63,692 nucleotides of DNA, filler included, from a candidate division TA06 bacterium SM23_40 (GCA_001303705.1; 6 parts of 6 records of this genome joined end to end with filler, not necessarily neighbours in it); one strand, 5' to 3'; positions 1 to 16,226 are shown, numbered from the whole stretch's first letter. Program-made: numbers and translations. Notes: a model not told the origin generated them from the letters alone.

Positions 1-707
1 ATCTTCTCTCCGGCGCTGTAGCGCTCGAGCACACCCTCATCGTAGTGGGAAATCGCCTCCAACAGTCCTTCCCGGTCTCGGCGAGCCCGGTCGACCAGAT
101 CCCGCGGGATCTCCTCCTCGTGGAATGTCGCTCCCTGTGTCGACTCGTCGTAGACGACGGCCTTCATTTTGATGAGATCGATTATCCCGGCGAAGAGATC
201 CTCACTCCCGATCGGCAGTTGGATCGGCACCGGATGTGCTCCCAGTCGAGTGCGCATCATCGATACCGCCTGGTCGTAGTCCGCACCCACTCTGTCCATC
301 TTGTTTATGAATGCGACACGCGGTATCCGATACCGGTCTGCCTGGCGCCAGACGGTCTCAGACTGCGGCTCCACCCCTCCCACCGCGCAGAAGATAACCA
401 CCGCCCCATCGAGAACACGCAGGGAACGTTCGACTTCCACCGTGAAATCGACATGTCCCGGTGTGTCGATGATATTGATGCGATAATCCCTCCAGAAGCA
501 CGTGGTGGCCGCTGACGTGATGGTGATGCCACGTTCCTTCTCCAGTTCCATCCAATCCATCGTGGCAGCGCCATCATCAACCTCCCCGATGCGATGGACA
601 CGACCCGTATAGAACAGAATCCGCTCTGTCGTCGTCGTCTTGCCGGCGTCGATATGAGCCATGATCCCGATGTTGCGAATGCTCCGCAGGCGTTGTCCAT
701 CTTTCAT
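1..707 (-). CDS. fusA: Elongation factor G, 5' part (runs off window start; absent from ORF track)
   Basis: Manual translation from ATG at 707 gives [29 protein letters not shown]...[14 protein letters not shown]...IDTPGHVDF. It lies downstream of rpsL-rpsG. Confidence 0.97.
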   Translation of the reverse strand, partial: MKDGQRLRSIRNIGIMAHIDAGKTTTTERILFYTGRVHRIGEVDDGAATMDWMELEKERGITITSAATTCFWRDYRINIIDTPGHVDFTVEVERSLRVLDGAVVIFCAVGGVEPQSETVWRQADRYRIPRVAFINKMDRVGADYDQAVSMMRTRLGAHPVPIQLPIGSEDLFAGIIDLIKMKAVVYDESTQGATFHEEEIPRDLVDRARRDREGLLEAISHYDEGVLERYSAGEK

Positions 708-803
708 AACCCGACATCCTCTCCACGACCATCTGAGACGTACTTCCCATCCGACGCCAACCTTTCCCCCGGACAGGCACTCACTACGGCCGCCCGAAGT
801 GTC

Positions 804-1274
804 CTACCAGCGGTAATGGGCGAACGCCTTGTTCGCTTCGGCCATCCGGTGTGTATCTTCACGCTTCTTGATCGCCGCCCCCTCCCTCTTCGACGCGGCG
901 ATGAACTCGTTAGCCAGCCGCTCTCTCATCGTGTGCTCAGGACGGGCCTTCGCCGATGTAATAAGCCACCGGATCGCAAGGGCTATCTGCCGCTCCGGCC
1001 TGACCTCGACAGGCACTTGATAGGTGGCTCCACCAACGCGGCGGGGTCGTACTTCGAGAATCGGCTTCACGTTGTTCACCGCCTTCTCGAAGACCCCGAG
1101 GCCGTCCTGCTTAGTCTTCTCCTCAATGAGACCGAGGGCACCATAAAAGATACGTTCGGCCAGGCTCTTCTTCCCCCGTCTCATGACGTTGTTGATGAAC
1201 TGGGTGACCAGCACGCGACCATATTTCGGATCTGGCAGGAGTTCGCGACGTACCGAACGCTTTCTTCTTGGCAT
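804..1274 (-). CDS. rpsG: 30S ribosomal protein S7
   Basis: MPRRK...PDPKY...[11 protein letters not shown]...[15 protein letters not shown]; start trimmed to the MPRR ATG. Confidence 0.98.
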   Translation of the reverse strand: MPRRKRSVRRELLPDPKYGRVLVTQFINNVMRRGKKSLAERIFYGALGLIEEKTKQDGLGVFEKAVNNVKPILEVRPRRVGGATYQVPVEVRPERQIALAIRWLITSAKARPEHTMRERLANEFIAASKREGAAIKKREDTHRMAEANKAFAHYRW

Positions 1275-1340
1275 AAAAACTCCCTCAAACAAGGCGGCTC
1301 AGTCAATGACGCCATCAAATGCCCACACAGCCGACTCGAC

Positions 1341-1730
1341 TCATGTGGCTGCTGGCCGCGCCTTGGGGCGCTTCGCTCCGTAGAGAGAACGCCCCCGACG
1401 GCGCTCCTCCACGCCGCCAGTGTCGAGCACCCCACGAATGATGTGGTAACGCACTCCGGGAAGGTCTTTCACACGTCCGCCGCGAATGAGCACGATCGAG
1501 TGCTCCTGGAGGTTGTGGCCCTCCCCGGGGATATATGCGCTGACCTCAAAACCATTCGTCAGTCTCACCCTCGCCACCTTGCGAAGCGCGGAATTCGGCT
1601 TCTTAGGGGTCGTCGTATACACCCGGGTGCAGACGCCTCTTCTCTGCGAACAGCGCACCAGTGCTGGAGCCTTCGTCTTCTTCTTGATCTTCTTGCGGCC
1701 CTTCCGGACGAGCTGATTGAGCGTTGGCAT
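1341..1730 (-). CDS. rpsL: 30S ribosomal protein S12
   Basis: MPTLNQLVR...[19 protein letters not shown]...[13 protein letters not shown]. Confidence 0.98.
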   Translation of the reverse strand: MPTLNQLVRKGRKKIKKKTKAPALVRCSQRRGVCTRVYTTTPKKPNSALRKVARVRLTNGFEVSAYIPGEGHNLQEHSIVLIRGGRVKDLPGVRYHIIRGVLDTGGVEERRRGRSLYGAKRPKARPAAT

Positions 1731-1770
1731 ACATTCCCCTCGCAAGGCGAGCCGGATCGGCCGAGCCTAT

Positions 1771-5844
<4,074 letters not shown>

Positions 5845-5927
5845 TTGTCAACACCTCCAATACCCACCGGGCCTCGCAATGCCTCCGCACTGTCTGCAAT
5901 GCAGGCCGAGGGCGGGTTTCTGTGGTG

Positions 5928-8900
5928 TCATTCTTCACCTTCCAACTCGACATCGAGGCAGAGCCCTTGCAGCTCTTTGACCAACACGTTGAATGACGCT
6001 GGAAGACCAGGTTCAGGTGGATTTTCGCCCTTGACGATAGCCTCGTACAGCTTCGACCTTCCCATCACGTCGTCGGACTTCACTGTGAGCAACTCCTGGA
6101 GAGTGTAGGCCGCACCGTACGCCTCGAGCGCCCAGACCTCCATCTCGCCGAATCGCTGCCCGCCGAATTGCGCTTTGCCTCCCAGGGGCTGCTGGGTAAT
6201 GAGAGAATAGGGCCCGATCGCTCGAGCGTGGATCTTGTCGTCGACCATATGAGAGAGCTTCAGCATGTAAATGAAGCCGACGGTGATCTCCTCATCGAAG
6301 GGCTCGCCCGTTCTCCCGTCGTACAGTATCGACTTCCCGCCTTCCGGCAGCCCGGCTTCTCCGAGCAGCTCCTTGATTTCTTTAATAGTAATGCCTTCGA
6401 AGACGGGGGAGGCGATCCTCATGCCCAGTACGTCTGCAGCCCACCCGAGGTGGGTTTCCAGGATCTGGCCCACATTCATCCGCGACGGCACACCGAGCGG
6501 GTTCAGAATGATCTGCACCGGCGTCCCGTCCGGAAGATACGGCATGTCCTCCTCGGGCACGACCTTGGCAACAACTCCCTTGTTCCCGTGGCGACCAGCG
6601 ATCTTGTCACCAACCGCGAGCTTCCTCTTCTGTGCGACGAAGACCTTCACCACCTTCAGAACCCCGTGGGGCAGTTCATCGCCGTGAACCAGCTTCTCTA
6701 TCTCGTTCTCCAGTTCTCTCTCTTTCGCGACCCTCGCTTCCCTTGCCCTCTCGATTATTTCGAACATCTCTCGATTCACGGAAGTAGTGCGGACAAACTT
6801 CTCTGGGAGGTCGATGTTGTCCCACTCGATCTTCCCTAGAACATGTTCACTGAATTTACCGCCTTTCCGGACGGCGACCCCGGCATCAATGGTGCGAATC
6901 GTGCTCAGAGCTGTCCTTCCGATGAGAAGGTCTCGTATGATCTCATTGCGCCTCTCGAGTATGGCGTCGATTTTCCCCTTGTATTCCTTCTTGATCCGGG
7001 CCGTCTTCTTGCGTTCTACCTTCCTCGTCAGCGCGGCTTGATCGCGTCGTGAGAACATCCGCACATCCACAACGATTCCCTCGACGCCAGGCGGAACGCG
7101 GAGAGAGCTATCGCGTACGTCGCTTGCCTTTTCTCCGAAGATGGCCCGTACAAGACGCTCCTCCGGAGTCAATTCCGTCTCGCCCTTGGGCGAGATCTTG
7201 CCGACGAGGATATCATCCGGGCCGACCTCGGCGCCGACCCGTACGATGCCGTCCTCATCGAGATCCTTCAGTGCCTCTTCACCGACATTGGGGATTTCGC
7301 GCGTGATCTCCTCGGGGCCAAGCTTCGTCTCCCGCACCTGCACCTCGAACTCCTCGATGTGAATCGAAGAGAACCTGTCCTCCCTGATGAGCTTCTCGCT
7401 CACGACGATAGCATCCTCGAAGTTGTACCCACCCCACGGCATAAACGCTATGAGAACGTTCGTCCCGAGCGCCAGTTCGCCATTCCTCGTCCCGGGGCCA
7501 TCGGCGATGACACTCCCCGCACTCACGTGGTCCCCCTCGCGTACGATCGTCCGCTGATTGATGCACGTGTCCTGGTTCGACCGCCGAAACTTCACGAGCC
7601 TGCGCACCAGAAATTCCTCGGACGAAAACGGGTCGGTGCTCACGTCCCGACTGTCGGGCCGAATCCATATCTCACCCGCAGTCGCCCGTACAACCGTTCC
7701 ACTCACGGGAGACGTGACGAGGGCACCCGAGTCGATCGCGACCTTCTCCTCGATTCCCGTACCGACAATCGGCGATTCGCTGACAAGGAGGGGCACTGCC
7801 TGTCGTTGCATGTTCGATCCCATCAGTGCCCGGTTTGCGTCATCGTGTTCCAGGAAGGGAATCAGTGCGGCGGCAACGCTGACGAGCTGCATGGGCGAAA
7901 CATCGATGAAATCGACCTCTTCCGGTGTGACAACCGGGAAATCCCCTCGCCGCCTCGCAAGCACCCGCTCAGCGCATATTCTGTTGGTCGAATCGAGCGG
8001 CGCGTTCGCCTGCGCGATTGTGTACTGGTCCTCCTCGTCCGCCGTAAGGTAGACGATCTTGCCAGTGACTCTCCCCTTGCGCACCTGCCGATACGGCGTT
8101 TCGATGAAGCCATACTCGTTGACCCGAGCATAGGTGCTCAGCGATGAGATGAGGCCGATATTCGGACCCTCAGGTGTCTCAATAGGGCAGATCCGACCGT
8201 AATGAGAATGGTGTACGTCACGCACCTCGAACCCCGCCGTCTCCCGAGTCAGGCCCCCGGGGCCGAGAGCAGAGAGACGACGCTTATGTGTCAGTTCCGC
8301 CAGCGGGTTAGTCTGCTCCATGAACTGGGATAGCTGACTCGATGCAAAGAAGCTCATGATGATGCTCTGGATCATGCGGGCATTGACCAGGTCCTGAGGC
8401 GTAATCTTCTCGTTGCCGCGCAGGGTCATCTTCTCGCGAATCGTCCGGGCCATCCGGGACAATGCCAGACTGAACTGGTTCGCCAGAAGCTCACCAACGC
8501 ATCGCACGCGTCTATTGCCGAGATGGTCGATGTCATCGACCGTCCCCTTACCCTCACGGAGCTGGAACAGATACCGGATTGTCGCGACCAGGTCTTCCGG
8601 CGTCAGGGTGGTCCTGTCACCGGGGGTGTCGAGCCCGAGGCGCCGGTTTATCTTATACCGACCCACGCTTCCCAGGTTGTAACGTCTGGGACTGAAGAAT
8701 AGCTTGTCAAAGAAACTCTGTGCCGCCTCCAGGCTCGGAGGTGATGTCGATCTCATCAATAGGTATATCTTGGAAAGCGCTCGCTCTGCTGACCGAGTGT
8801 CGTCCTTGTTGATCGTGTTCTGGAGCAGCTCAGTCTCGACAGCTGTCTCCTCGAGAACCTCGACGGTCTTGATTCCCCCACCCTTACACCGTGCCAGGAT

Positions 8901-9704
8901 CGATGGGGCGATCGTCTCATTGGCCTCCGCAATGACCTCTCCGGTTTCCTGATCGATGACGTCCTCAGCGAGGATCCTCCCGAGGAGCGGTGAAGTGTCT
9001 TCGGACTGCGAGGCTACAATTCGTGCCCTCTTCGTGTTGAAGAAGAGCTTGAGAATGTCAGAGTTAGAAGGATATCCAAGCACGCGGAGCAAGAGCGATG
9101 CAGGAAGCTTTCGGCGGCGATCGATATGCACATACATGATATCGTTCGCATCGATGCTGAACTCGACCCATGATCCCCGGTATGGTATGATCTGTGCCGA
9201 GTAGAGCTTCTTTCCGCTGGTGTGTATGTCCTCAGAGAAGAAGGTTCCCGGCGACCGATGAAGCTGACTTACGATGACCCGCTCGACACCGTTCACGATG
9301 AACGAACCGCGATCAGTCATAAGGGGAAGCTCGCCGAGGAACACCCACTGCTCAATGACGTCCTTGGGGCGTCTTTCCCCCTGGACATCCTCACGCGTCA
9401 CCAGGCGCATCTCCGCCTTGAGTGGGGCTGCATAGGTCGCCCCCTTGTCCTGGCATTCGTCGACGTTGTACTTCGGCTGACCGAGCTGATAACTCACGAA
9501 CTCCAGGGAGAACTTACCGTGGATATCCTCAATCGGGAAGATCTCGTTGAATATCCCCTGTAGTCCTTCATCACGCCGTTGGTCAGGCAGAACGTCCGCC
9601 TGTAGAAAAGCACGGAATGAATCCAGCTGTACATCGAGGAGATTCGGAATCTCCAAGATGGAGCCGATCTTCGCGTACTCGGTCCTAATGTCACGGCTCG
9701 GCAT
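5928..9704 (-). CDS. rpoB: RNA polymerase beta subunit
   Basis: 1258 aa with [30 protein letters not shown] and [18 protein letters not shown]. Confidence 0.99.
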   Translation of the reverse strand: MPSRDIRTEYAKIGSILEIPNLLDVQLDSFRAFLQADVLPDQRRDEGLQGIFNEIFPIEDIHGKFSLEFVSYQLGQPKYNVDECQDKGATYAAPLKAEMRLVTREDVQGERRPKDVIEQWVFLGELPLMTDRGSFIVNGVERVIVSQLHRSPGTFFSEDIHTSGKKLYSAQIIPYRGSWVEFSIDANDIMYVHIDRRRKLPASLLLRVLGYPSNSDILKLFFNTKRARIVASQSEDTSPLLGRILAEDVIDQETGEVIAEANETIAPSILARCKGGGIKTVEVLEETAVETELLQNTINKDDTRSAERALSKIYLLMRSTSPPSLEAAQSFFDKLFFSPRRYNLGSVGRYKINRRLGLDTPGDRTTLTPEDLVATIRYLFQLREGKGTVDDIDHLGNRRVRCVGELLANQFSLALSRMARTIREKMTLRGNEKITPQDLVNARMIQSIIMSFFASSQLSQFMEQTNPLAELTHKRRLSALGPGGLTRETAGFEVRDVHHSHYGRICPIETPEGPNIGLISSLSTYARVNEYGFIETPYRQVRKGRVTGKIVYLTADEEDQYTIAQANAPLDSTNRICAERVLARRRGDFPVVTPEEVDFIDVSPMQLVSVAAALIPFLEHDDANRALMGSNMQRQAVPLLVSESPIVGTGIEEKVAIDSGALVTSPVSGTVVRATAGEIWIRPDSRDVSTDPFSSEEFLVRRLVKFRRSNQDTCINQRTIVREGDHVSAGSVIADGPGTRNGELALGTNVLIAFMPWGGYNFEDAIVVSEKLIREDRFSSIHIEEFEVQVRETKLGPEEITREIPNVGEEALKDLDEDGIVRVGAEVGPDDILVGKISPKGETELTPEERLVRAIFGEKASDVRDSSLRVPPGVEGIVVDVRMFSRRDQAALTRKVERKKTARIKKEYKGKIDAILERRNEIIRDLLIGRTALSTIRTIDAGVAVRKGGKFSEHVLGKIEWDNIDLPEKFVRTTSVNREMFEIIERAREARVAKERELENEIEKLVHGDELPHGVLKVVKVFVAQKRKLAVGDKIAGRHGNKGVVAKVVPEEDMPYLPDGTPVQIILNPLGVPSRMNVGQILETHLGWAADVLGMRIASPVFEGITIKEIKELLGEAGLPEGGKSILYDGRTGEPFDEEITVGFIYMLKLSHMVDDKIHARAIGPYSLITQQPLGGKAQFGGQRFGEMEVWALEAYGAAYTLQELLTVKSDDVMGRSKLYEAIVKGENPPEPGLPASFNVLVKELQGLCLDVELEGEE

Positions 9705-9782
9705 CTTGTCCTCCCGCTGGCACGCTCTAGCGCCAGCCCAGAACCGACATCTGAAGAGGAGGCAGCCTCATCGGAACCAGTT

Positions 9783-10205
9783 CTACTTCACCTCGACAGT
9801 GGCGCCGACCTCTTCCAGCCTGCGTTTGATGTCGTCGGCCTCTTCCTTCGGGATCGCTTCCTTGACCGGCTTCGGTGCACCATCAACGAGATCCTTGGCC
9901 TCTTTGAGGCCCAGCCCGGTAATCGCTCTGATCTCCTTGATAACCTGGATCTTTTTCTCACCGATTGCCGCCAGCACAACGGTGAATTCGGTCTTCTCCT
10001 CGCCAGCCTCGGGAGCCGCCCCACCGGCAGCCGGCACGTACGCCGCCTGCACTATGGGCGTGGCAGCCGTGACGCCGAACTTTTCCTCAAGCTCCTTCAC
10101 CAGTTCAGCCAGCTCGATGACGCTCATCGTCTCCAGGGCCTCGAGGATGGCCTCTTTGCCCGCCTTCTTCTTCGTTGTCCCCTTTGCCGCCTTGGTGGTG
10201 GCCAT
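9783..10205 (-). CDS. rplL: 50S ribosomal protein L7/L12 with a Lys-rich N-terminal extension
   Basis: [12 protein letters not shown]...[30 protein letters not shown] at 10205 follows an AGGAGAG SD. Confidence 0.97.
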   Translation of the reverse strand: MATTKAAKGTTKKKAGKEAILEALETMSVIELAELVKELEEKFGVTAATPIVQAAYVPAAGGAAPEAGEEKTEFTVVLAAIGEKKIQVIKEIRAITGLGLKEAKDLVDGAPKPVKEAIPKEEADDIKRRLEEVGATVEVK

Positions 10206-10289
10206 AACGTACTCTCTCCTCTTCAACAGTCGGATCCCGGTGGGCGGCTCGCCCAGCCTAGACGCCCAGGTGACTCGACATCCCAACGC

Positions 10290-10853
10290 TCACTCACTAT
10301 TCTCTTCCGTCCCGCCGCCTGCGGCCTCGTCCCCGGCAGCACCCTGTTGCTGAGCGATCTGGTCGAGCGTGGCGACGAAACGGCGAAGCAACTCCCGAAA
10401 CAGACCGGCAAACGAAGCGAGGGGAGCCGCCAGCCCTGAAACGAACTGAGCCAGGAGGACCTCACGAGGAGGCAGGTCGACGAGACGACCGACCTCTTCC
10501 GCGGTCAGAACTTCACCATCAAGATAGGCCCCCTTGAAGGCGGTCCGCTGGGCAGCATCAGCAAACTCGGCGATCACCTTGGCAGGTGCGATAGGATCCT
10601 CTTTTACAAAGACAAGTGCTGTCGGACCAACGATCAGCGGGAGCAGGGACTCGAAGCCGACCTGCTTGATGGCCAGCCGGCTGAGAGTATTTTTCGCGAC
10701 TCTGTATTCCACAGAGACTCCACGCAGCTTGGCACGCAACTCTGTCATTTGCCCGACGTTGAAGCCCGTATGATCGGCGATGAGGATTGCCTTCGCCGAC
10801 GAGAACTTCTCAGCGAGCTCCTGAACTCTTGCCTCCTTGACCTCCCTTGCCAT
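10290..10853 (-). CDS. rplJ: 50S ribosomal protein L10
   Basis: ELRAKLR...YRVAKNTL...GPTA...LPPREVL; lies between rplA and rplL. Confidence 0.96.
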   Translation of the reverse strand: MAREVKEARVQELAEKFSSAKAILIADHTGFNVGQMTELRAKLRGVSVEYRVAKNTLSRLAIKQVGFESLLPLIVGPTALVFVKEDPIAPAKVIAEFADAAQRTAFKGAYLDGEVLTAEEVGRLVDLPPREVLLAQFVSGLAAPLASFAGLFRELLRRFVATLDQIAQQQGAAGDEAAGGGTEENSE

Positions 10854-10897
10854 TTCGCACCTACCGTCTGCTACTCTGCTGAAACAGGGACGTGACG

Positions 10898-11605
10898 TCA
10901 GCGGAATGAACCCAGCACTTCCTGGACGTCGACTCTCACACTCGGTCCCATCGTCGATGAGACGTGGATGCGCCTGAGGTACTGCCCCTTGGCTGCTGCC
11001 GGCTTGCTCCGAATCACCTCGCCGAGGAAGGTATGAGCGTTTTCCACGAGCTGATCGGTCCCGAACGATACTTTCCCGAGCGGGGCATGCACGATGCCCC
11101 CCTTGTCGGCGCGGTACTCGATCCTGCCCCGTCTGAGATCTTTGACCGCCTTTGCTACGTCGAACGTGACCGAGCCGGTCTTCGGATTCGGCATCAGTCC
11201 ACGGGGCCCCAGGATACGCCCCAGCTTTCCGACATCACTCATCACATCGGGCGTGGCGACCACTGCATCGATATCGGTCCACCCGCCCTGTATCTTCTCT
11301 ATGAACTCCTGATGGCCGACGTAGTCCGCGCCCGCCTCACGGGCCTCCTCTTCCTTCTGGCCCTTAGTCAGCACCAGGACCCGTACGGCGCGTCCGGTGC
11401 CATTGGGGAGGACGATCGCCCCCCTGATCATCTGATCCGATCTCTTTGTGTCGATGCCGAGACTCACCGCGATCTCGACAGTCTCGTCGAAGTGGACGCT
11501 GGCCATGCGCTTAACCAGATCGAGCGCGTCTCTCAGAGGATAGAGCTGCCCCGACTCTAGCTGCGTGCATGCCTCGCGGAATCGCTTCCCTCTCTTCACT
11601 TCCAT
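10898..11605 (-). CDS. rplA: 50S ribosomal protein L1
   Basis: FDETVE...LPNGTG...[13 protein letters not shown]...SSTMGP; start is ATG 11605 or GTG 11599. Confidence 0.97.
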   Translation of the reverse strand: MEVKRGKRFREACTQLESGQLYPLRDALDLVKRMASVHFDETVEIAVSLGIDTKRSDQMIRGAIVLPNGTGRAVRVLVLTKGQKEEEAREAGADYVGHQEFIEKIQGGWTDIDAVVATPDVMSDVGKLGRILGPRGLMPNPKTGSVTFDVAKAVKDLRRGRIEYRADKGGIVHAPLGKVSFGTDQLVENAHTFLGEVIRSKPAAAKGQYLRRIHVSSTMGPSVRVDVQEVLGSFR

Positions 11606-11651
11606 TCCCTCTCCGATGCAGCCTTGTTCCTCCACCTGCTGGCTGCTCGTG

Positions 11652-12080
11652 CTATACGTCCACCACCTCTACACCCATACTCCTCGCAGTCCCCTCGATA
11701 ATCCGGATCGCTGCTTCGAGAGTGGCCGCATTCAGATCGGGCCGCTTCTGTTCGGCTATCTCCCGCACCTGATCCCTGGTCACTCTTCCCACCTTCTCCC
11801 GGTTGGGCTCCCCGGATGCCTTCGCGATTCCCGCTGCGCGCTTGAGCAGTACGGCCGCAGGCGGCGTCTTCGTGATATAGGAGAACGATCGGTCCTGATA
11901 GACAGTGATCACGACAGGGATCACAAGACCCTCCTGACCCTGAGTCTTGGCATTGAACGCCTTACAGAATTCCATGATGTTAACGCCATGCTGACCCAAG
12001 GCAGGTCCCACGGGCGGCGCCGGAGTCGCCTGCCCGGCCGGTATCTGCAGCTTTATCATTCCAACGACTTTCTTCGCCAA
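11652..12080 (-). CDS. rplK: 50S ribosomal protein L11
   Basis: TTG start, [42 protein letters not shown]. Confidence 0.97.
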   Translation of the reverse strand: MAKKVVGMIKLQIPAGQATPAPPVGPALGQHGVNIMEFCKAFNAKTQGQEGLVIPVVITVYQDRSFSYITKTPPAAVLLKRAAGIAKASGEPNREKVGRVTRDQVREIAEQKRPDLNAATLEAAIRIIEGTARSMGVEVVDV

Positions 12081-12155
12081 CGCTATCCCCTCCCGGGACG
12101 CTCGATCAGACCGCCGCCCCCGACACGACAAACGACGGATCTGGGCCCTGACAGG

Positions 12156-12683
12156 TTAGATCGGCTGGACCTGGAGAAAATCGAGCTCGATCGGGGTCGT
12201 CCTTCCGAAGATCGTCACCATCACACGCAGCTTCTCTCGTTCGGGATATATCTCATCTACGACCCCGGTGAAGTCCGTAAACGGACCATGGGTGACCTTA
12301 ACGCTCTCACCGACCTTGAATGAGACCTCTGATGACGGCTTCGCGCGCTCGGTCTCGACATAGCTGAGAACGCGGTGCACCTCCTTCTCCTGGATCGGGT
12401 GCAACCTGGCTCTCGTTCCCAGGAAACTCGTAATTCCTGGAGTGGACGTGACGAGCTGAAGCGTGTCATCGTCCAGCTCCATCTCGACCAGGACATACCC
12501 GGGATATATCTGTTTTTCAACGGTGGTACGCTTACCTCCCTTGATCCTCGAGACGTCCTCGGTGGGAATGAGTATCCGCCCAAGCTTCTCGGCGACATCA
12601 CCTATTGCCGCCTGCTCCAGGAGCTTTTTCACCTTTTTCTCATGTCCCGGATATGTATGGATCACATACCACTTCTTTTCCAT
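12156..12683 (-). CDS. nusG: Transcription termination/antitermination factor NusG
   Basis: WYVIHT...YPGYVLVEM... and a KOW domain GESVKVTHGPFTDFTG...IFGRTTPIEL. Confidence 0.97.
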   Translation of the reverse strand: MEKKWYVIHTYPGHEKKVKKLLEQAAIGDVAEKLGRILIPTEDVSRIKGGKRTTVEKQIYPGYVLVEMELDDDTLQLVTSTPGITSFLGTRARLHPIQEKEVHRVLSYVETERAKPSSEVSFKVGESVKVTHGPFTDFTGVVDEIYPEREKLRVMVTIFGRTTPIELDFLQVQPI

Positions 12684-12747
12684 AAAGACACTCTCTGCCT
12701 CTCAGCGACAATCGCGTTATCATCCAACAGGACCTCGGCCGTCTCAG

Positions 12748-12942
12748 TCAGCGGAGCACGAACTCGACAACGCGGGAGAAAAAGAAATCGACAAACCCAA
12801 TGAAGGCCGCCACGAGCAGCGACACGAAGATGACTACACCCGTCGAGTCGCGAAGTTCGTCCCTCGTCGGCCAGGTCACTTTCGAGAATTCGACTCTGGT
12901 CTCCTTGAGGAATCGCTTGCTACGTTGAAACCAGCGCATCAT
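12748..12942 (-). CDS. secE: Preprotein translocase subunit SecE
   Basis: FLKETRVEFSKVTWPTRDEL followed by one TM helix; lies between tRNA-Trp and nusG. Confidence 0.95.
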   Translation of the reverse strand: MMRWFQRSKRFLKETRVEFSKVTWPTRDELRDSTGVVIFVSLLVAAFIGFVDFFFSRVVEFVLR

Positions 12943-13036
12943 TCGTACCCGCAGTCAGCCCTGCTGTTGTCTCGCCAGGATTCGGCGAGGACGCTGCCCT
13001 GGAAACGCGAAGATCCGACCGGGTTGTGGCCGGCCC

Positions 13037-13113
13037 TGGCAGGCCTGGAGGGATTCGAACCCCCATCCCCCGGATTTGGAGTCCGGTGCTCTAGCCGTTA
13101 GAGCTACAGGCCT
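13037..13113 (-). tRNA. tRNA-Trp (CCA)
   Basis: AGGCCTGTAGCTC...CCGGA CTCCAAA TCCGG...GGTTCGAATCC...AGGCCTGCCA; canonical position before secE. Confidence 0.96.
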
Positions 13114-13185
13114 GCTTACTATCGACATCTACGCAGCGGGAAGCGACATAAGCTGCCTGGTCCGCCCCCGACCAGCAGAGGGGGA

Positions 13186-13338
13186 CTACCTCGTCTCTTT
13201 GTGAACGGTGTGCTTCCGACAGAAGGGACAGTACTTCTTGTATGCCAGACGATCCGGGTGTTTCGCCTTGTTCTTGGTAGTCGTATAGTTACGTCTCTTG
13301 CATTCACCGCAGGCGAGCGTCACGTCGATTCTGGCCAC
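13186..13338 (-). CDS. rpmG: 50S ribosomal protein L33, Zn-binding form (not in ORF track)
   Basis: GTG start after [55 protein letters not shown] has two CxxC motifs. Confidence 0.96.
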   Translation of the reverse strand: MARIDVTLACGECKRRNYTTTKNKAKHPDRLAYKKYCPFCRKHTVHKETR

Positions 13339-13512
13339 GGGTGCTCCTGAGAATAGAAATGGGTCGACAGAAGATGTAAAATCCCCCCGCCGGCTGAAAC
13401 GCCCTTTTTCCCAACTCTCGCTATTCCAGCACGCTACCGAACTATCCTACTATGTATGGATCACGGGTTCACACAAACCCAGCCGTAAACAACTCTATTT
13501 CAGTCTATCTAT

Positions 13513-13616
13513 CTATTCGATGATCTTGGCGACGACTCCCGCCCCGACCGTCCGGCCGCCCTCTCGTATCGCAAACCGTAGCTGCTCCTCACATGCTATC
13601 GGCGTTATCAAACTCA
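13513..13616 (-). CDS. tuf: Elongation factor Tu, 3' end only (contig edge)
   Basis: ...[32 protein letters not shown]. Confidence 0.95.
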
Positions 13617-13716
13617 NNNNNNNNNNNNNNNNNNNNNNNNNNNNNNNNNNNNNNNNNNNNTTAATTAATTAANNNNNNNNNNNNNNNNNNNNNNNNNNNN
13701 NNNNNNNNNNNNNNNN
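13617..13716. other. Artificial contig linker
   Basis: N-run, TTAATTAATTAA (stops in all frames), N-run; identical at five positions. Confidence 0.99.
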
Positions 13717-15802
13717 GGCACACCTTGTGTTCGTCAATATGGGCGGAGGCCCTAAGGTGGGCTTTCATGAAAGGGGAAACACGCCCTGGTACCGGGCGAT
13801 GTGCGATCTCAAGTGCGATGCCGAAGGTGATTCGAGTATTGCCAATCCGCCTGACTGCTTCGCCACGATGAACTACACCATCTTCTACCCGCACCCGCTG
13901 GGGGACAGCGCACGCTTTCACGCATGGGCGAGCGTCGTAGATCGAGCTGATACGGCCGATACCTCATATGGAGACGGTCGTATCCCTCTCTGGAAGTTCA
14001 TGCAGTGCTGCGGGTTCAGTGCCTCGGACGTCTCGTCGCAAGGAGGTGCGGGCAGCCGTCTCCTCACAGCGGAGGAGTTGCGCTATCTTACGAATCTCAC
14101 GCTGCAGCACGGCGCGAAAGGGCTTCTCTACTGGCGAGCCAACGCCTAGGAGCGGGGTTTCTTTTCTGGTTCGACCTCTCCTGACTCGACGCATTGGCAC
14201 GCCGGGCTGCTGGCCGAGAACGGGATTCCGTTTGATGCGCCATACGAGGAGTACGTCTACTATCGCGAGCACCACCGGTACCGCGATCCCAACACCCTGA
14301 AGCCATTCTCCCCCGCATCGTTCGATCCATTCACGGATTCGCTCCCCACAAGGCCAGACTCCCTGACGGAAGACTACTATCTGTGGAAGTACGAGCCCTA
14401 TGCCCGACGGTTCAATGCCCTCAAGGATATCACTGCCGATGTGCATCGTATAGGATACTGGCTTCTGGGACTCTGGAGGGCGGATGAACAGCACGTTACG
14501 ATTAGCCCGTTGGGAGTAGAGCCGGGTAACCTGACCGACGTCCCCTCGATCGTGGCCATGACGGGTAATCTCAACGGCGAACGCGAGATCGGGTCTACTT
14601 GGGCCTACTACGTGAATCCTGACTTCCATCCAGACTACAGTCCGCTTTCGTGCAGCGTCAACATAGGCATCTCCTGGCCCGTTACAATGCCGGACACAGA
14701 CTACGAGTGGGTGCTTGATTATGGCTCTCGGCGATTGCGGCAGTGCAATGCCGATTCGCTCAGCGGATCAGGCGAGGAGCGGAAGCTCTGGATCAGCTTC
14801 GAGACAAGTCTCGAAACAGGTGCCGGTGAACTCGTGGAAGCCTTCATGGACACCACTCCTGCAGTACGCGACTTTGTAATCACCGAGTCGGACATCTACT
14901 TCATGAGCCCACCCGAAACTACGGAGAACGACACGCTAAGATCGTGGCTTGGAGTATTCCCTACTGAGTTGGATTTTGTCGAAGGGGAAACCGTAGAGTT
15001 GTGTGCCAAGATCTTCAACATAGGCTTCACTTCATCTGATAGCGTGATTGTGATCTTTTACGATGGGGACCCTCGCGACTCAATCGTACAGATTGGCTGG
15101 ACAGACGTTGCCCTCCCCGCGTTGACAGGGACAGACTCGAGCATGGCGATTGCTCACAAGCCGTGGTACTTGACCGCCGGCAGCGCGGGACCACATGACA
15201 TCCATGTGGTCGTGAATCATCAGTATGTACTCACCGACGGTGGTTCCACGCCGAACTACTATCTCTCCGAGAGAGACTCATCGAACAACCATGCCCATGC
15301 ACCGCTCTATGTCTATCCTCTCGACTATGCGACTGAGGAGTTGGAAGACCCTTGGGACATGGACGAGGTCGGGGGTTACAGCTGGCTCACGCCCGACATA
15401 GACACGGTTGTCGGCGCCATATCCTACCCCACAGATTCGATCAGTGGGGTGTGCGAACTACAGGTTGACTCACTGACCGATTCTATGCAAGTTTACCTGC
15501 ATGTTGGCTCTCCGAGGAACTACATCTATACGGATTCGTTTGACATCTTTCGGGCGCGGGTCTATGTCAGTGATTCGTGTTCGTTGCAGGTCTTCTGGTA
15601 CGACGCTTATTCCGAAGAGCAGCGTCTGCCTGAGTCGCCACAATTCATCTATCTGCGCCCAAACAGATGGAATATAGTACGAGAGGACTTGAGTGAGGGC
15701 GACTGGGGGGAAACGGTAGCCATCGATAGATTCGGTTTTGTGATCTATGCGAATGCCAATGATATGATAAGGCTAAGCTGGGTTAAGTTGACTAAGGAAT
15801 AG
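13717..15802 (+). pseudogene. Large acidic extracellular-type protein with a CARDB-like domain; 5'-truncated and interrupted by an in-frame TAG at 14147-14149
   Basis: ORFs 13727-14149 and 14441-15802 share a frame, and the interval after the TAG is open (ERGFFSGS...KDITADVHRIG). CARDB-like segment VELCAKIFNIG...FYDGDP...GPHDIHVVVN...ERDSSNN. Confidence 0.65.
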
Positions 15803-16226
15803 TGTTAGGGGCTGCCGCAGTGTGTGTTTAGGCGGTAGCTGCCTATCGAAGAGCACTTCGAATTGACCGAGCGGAGAGGCGGCAATCGAGGCCCGGGACA
15901 TCCACCGCGCAAGGAGGGTCCGAAAGGTGCGAGGTGGCCAAGGAGGTCTTGGGAGAGAGTTCTGTAGCGCTCTAGTACAGGATGAATTCTCAGGGGACGA
16001 CACCTGTCGCGCTGGTGAGGGTGTCGTTTCTTTTTGTCCAGTTGGATTTGCACGAACGCCGGTCGGCGCGGACACCGGTCGGAGGTATCGGCGTAGAGTG
16101 AAACCAGGCAGCCCGCTCAGATGGGCGTCTGAAAGGAGAGGGGGTGATCGCTTGCTGACAAGGATGGCATCTTCAGAGCTGAGGTTCGCAGGATCTTTTT
16201 CACCATTGGACCGGGAGGGAGTGCCA

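Noticed and set aside
13617-13716. TTAATTAATTAA palindrome recurring five times
   Set aside because: Always embedded in fixed-length N-runs, so it is a scaffolding linker and not biology. ORFs running into it are truncated artificially.
15803-16226. Possible riboswitch or ncRNA in a 420-nt intergenic region
   Set aside because: Some hairpins are present, but I could not match any known motif. An Rfam scan is needed.
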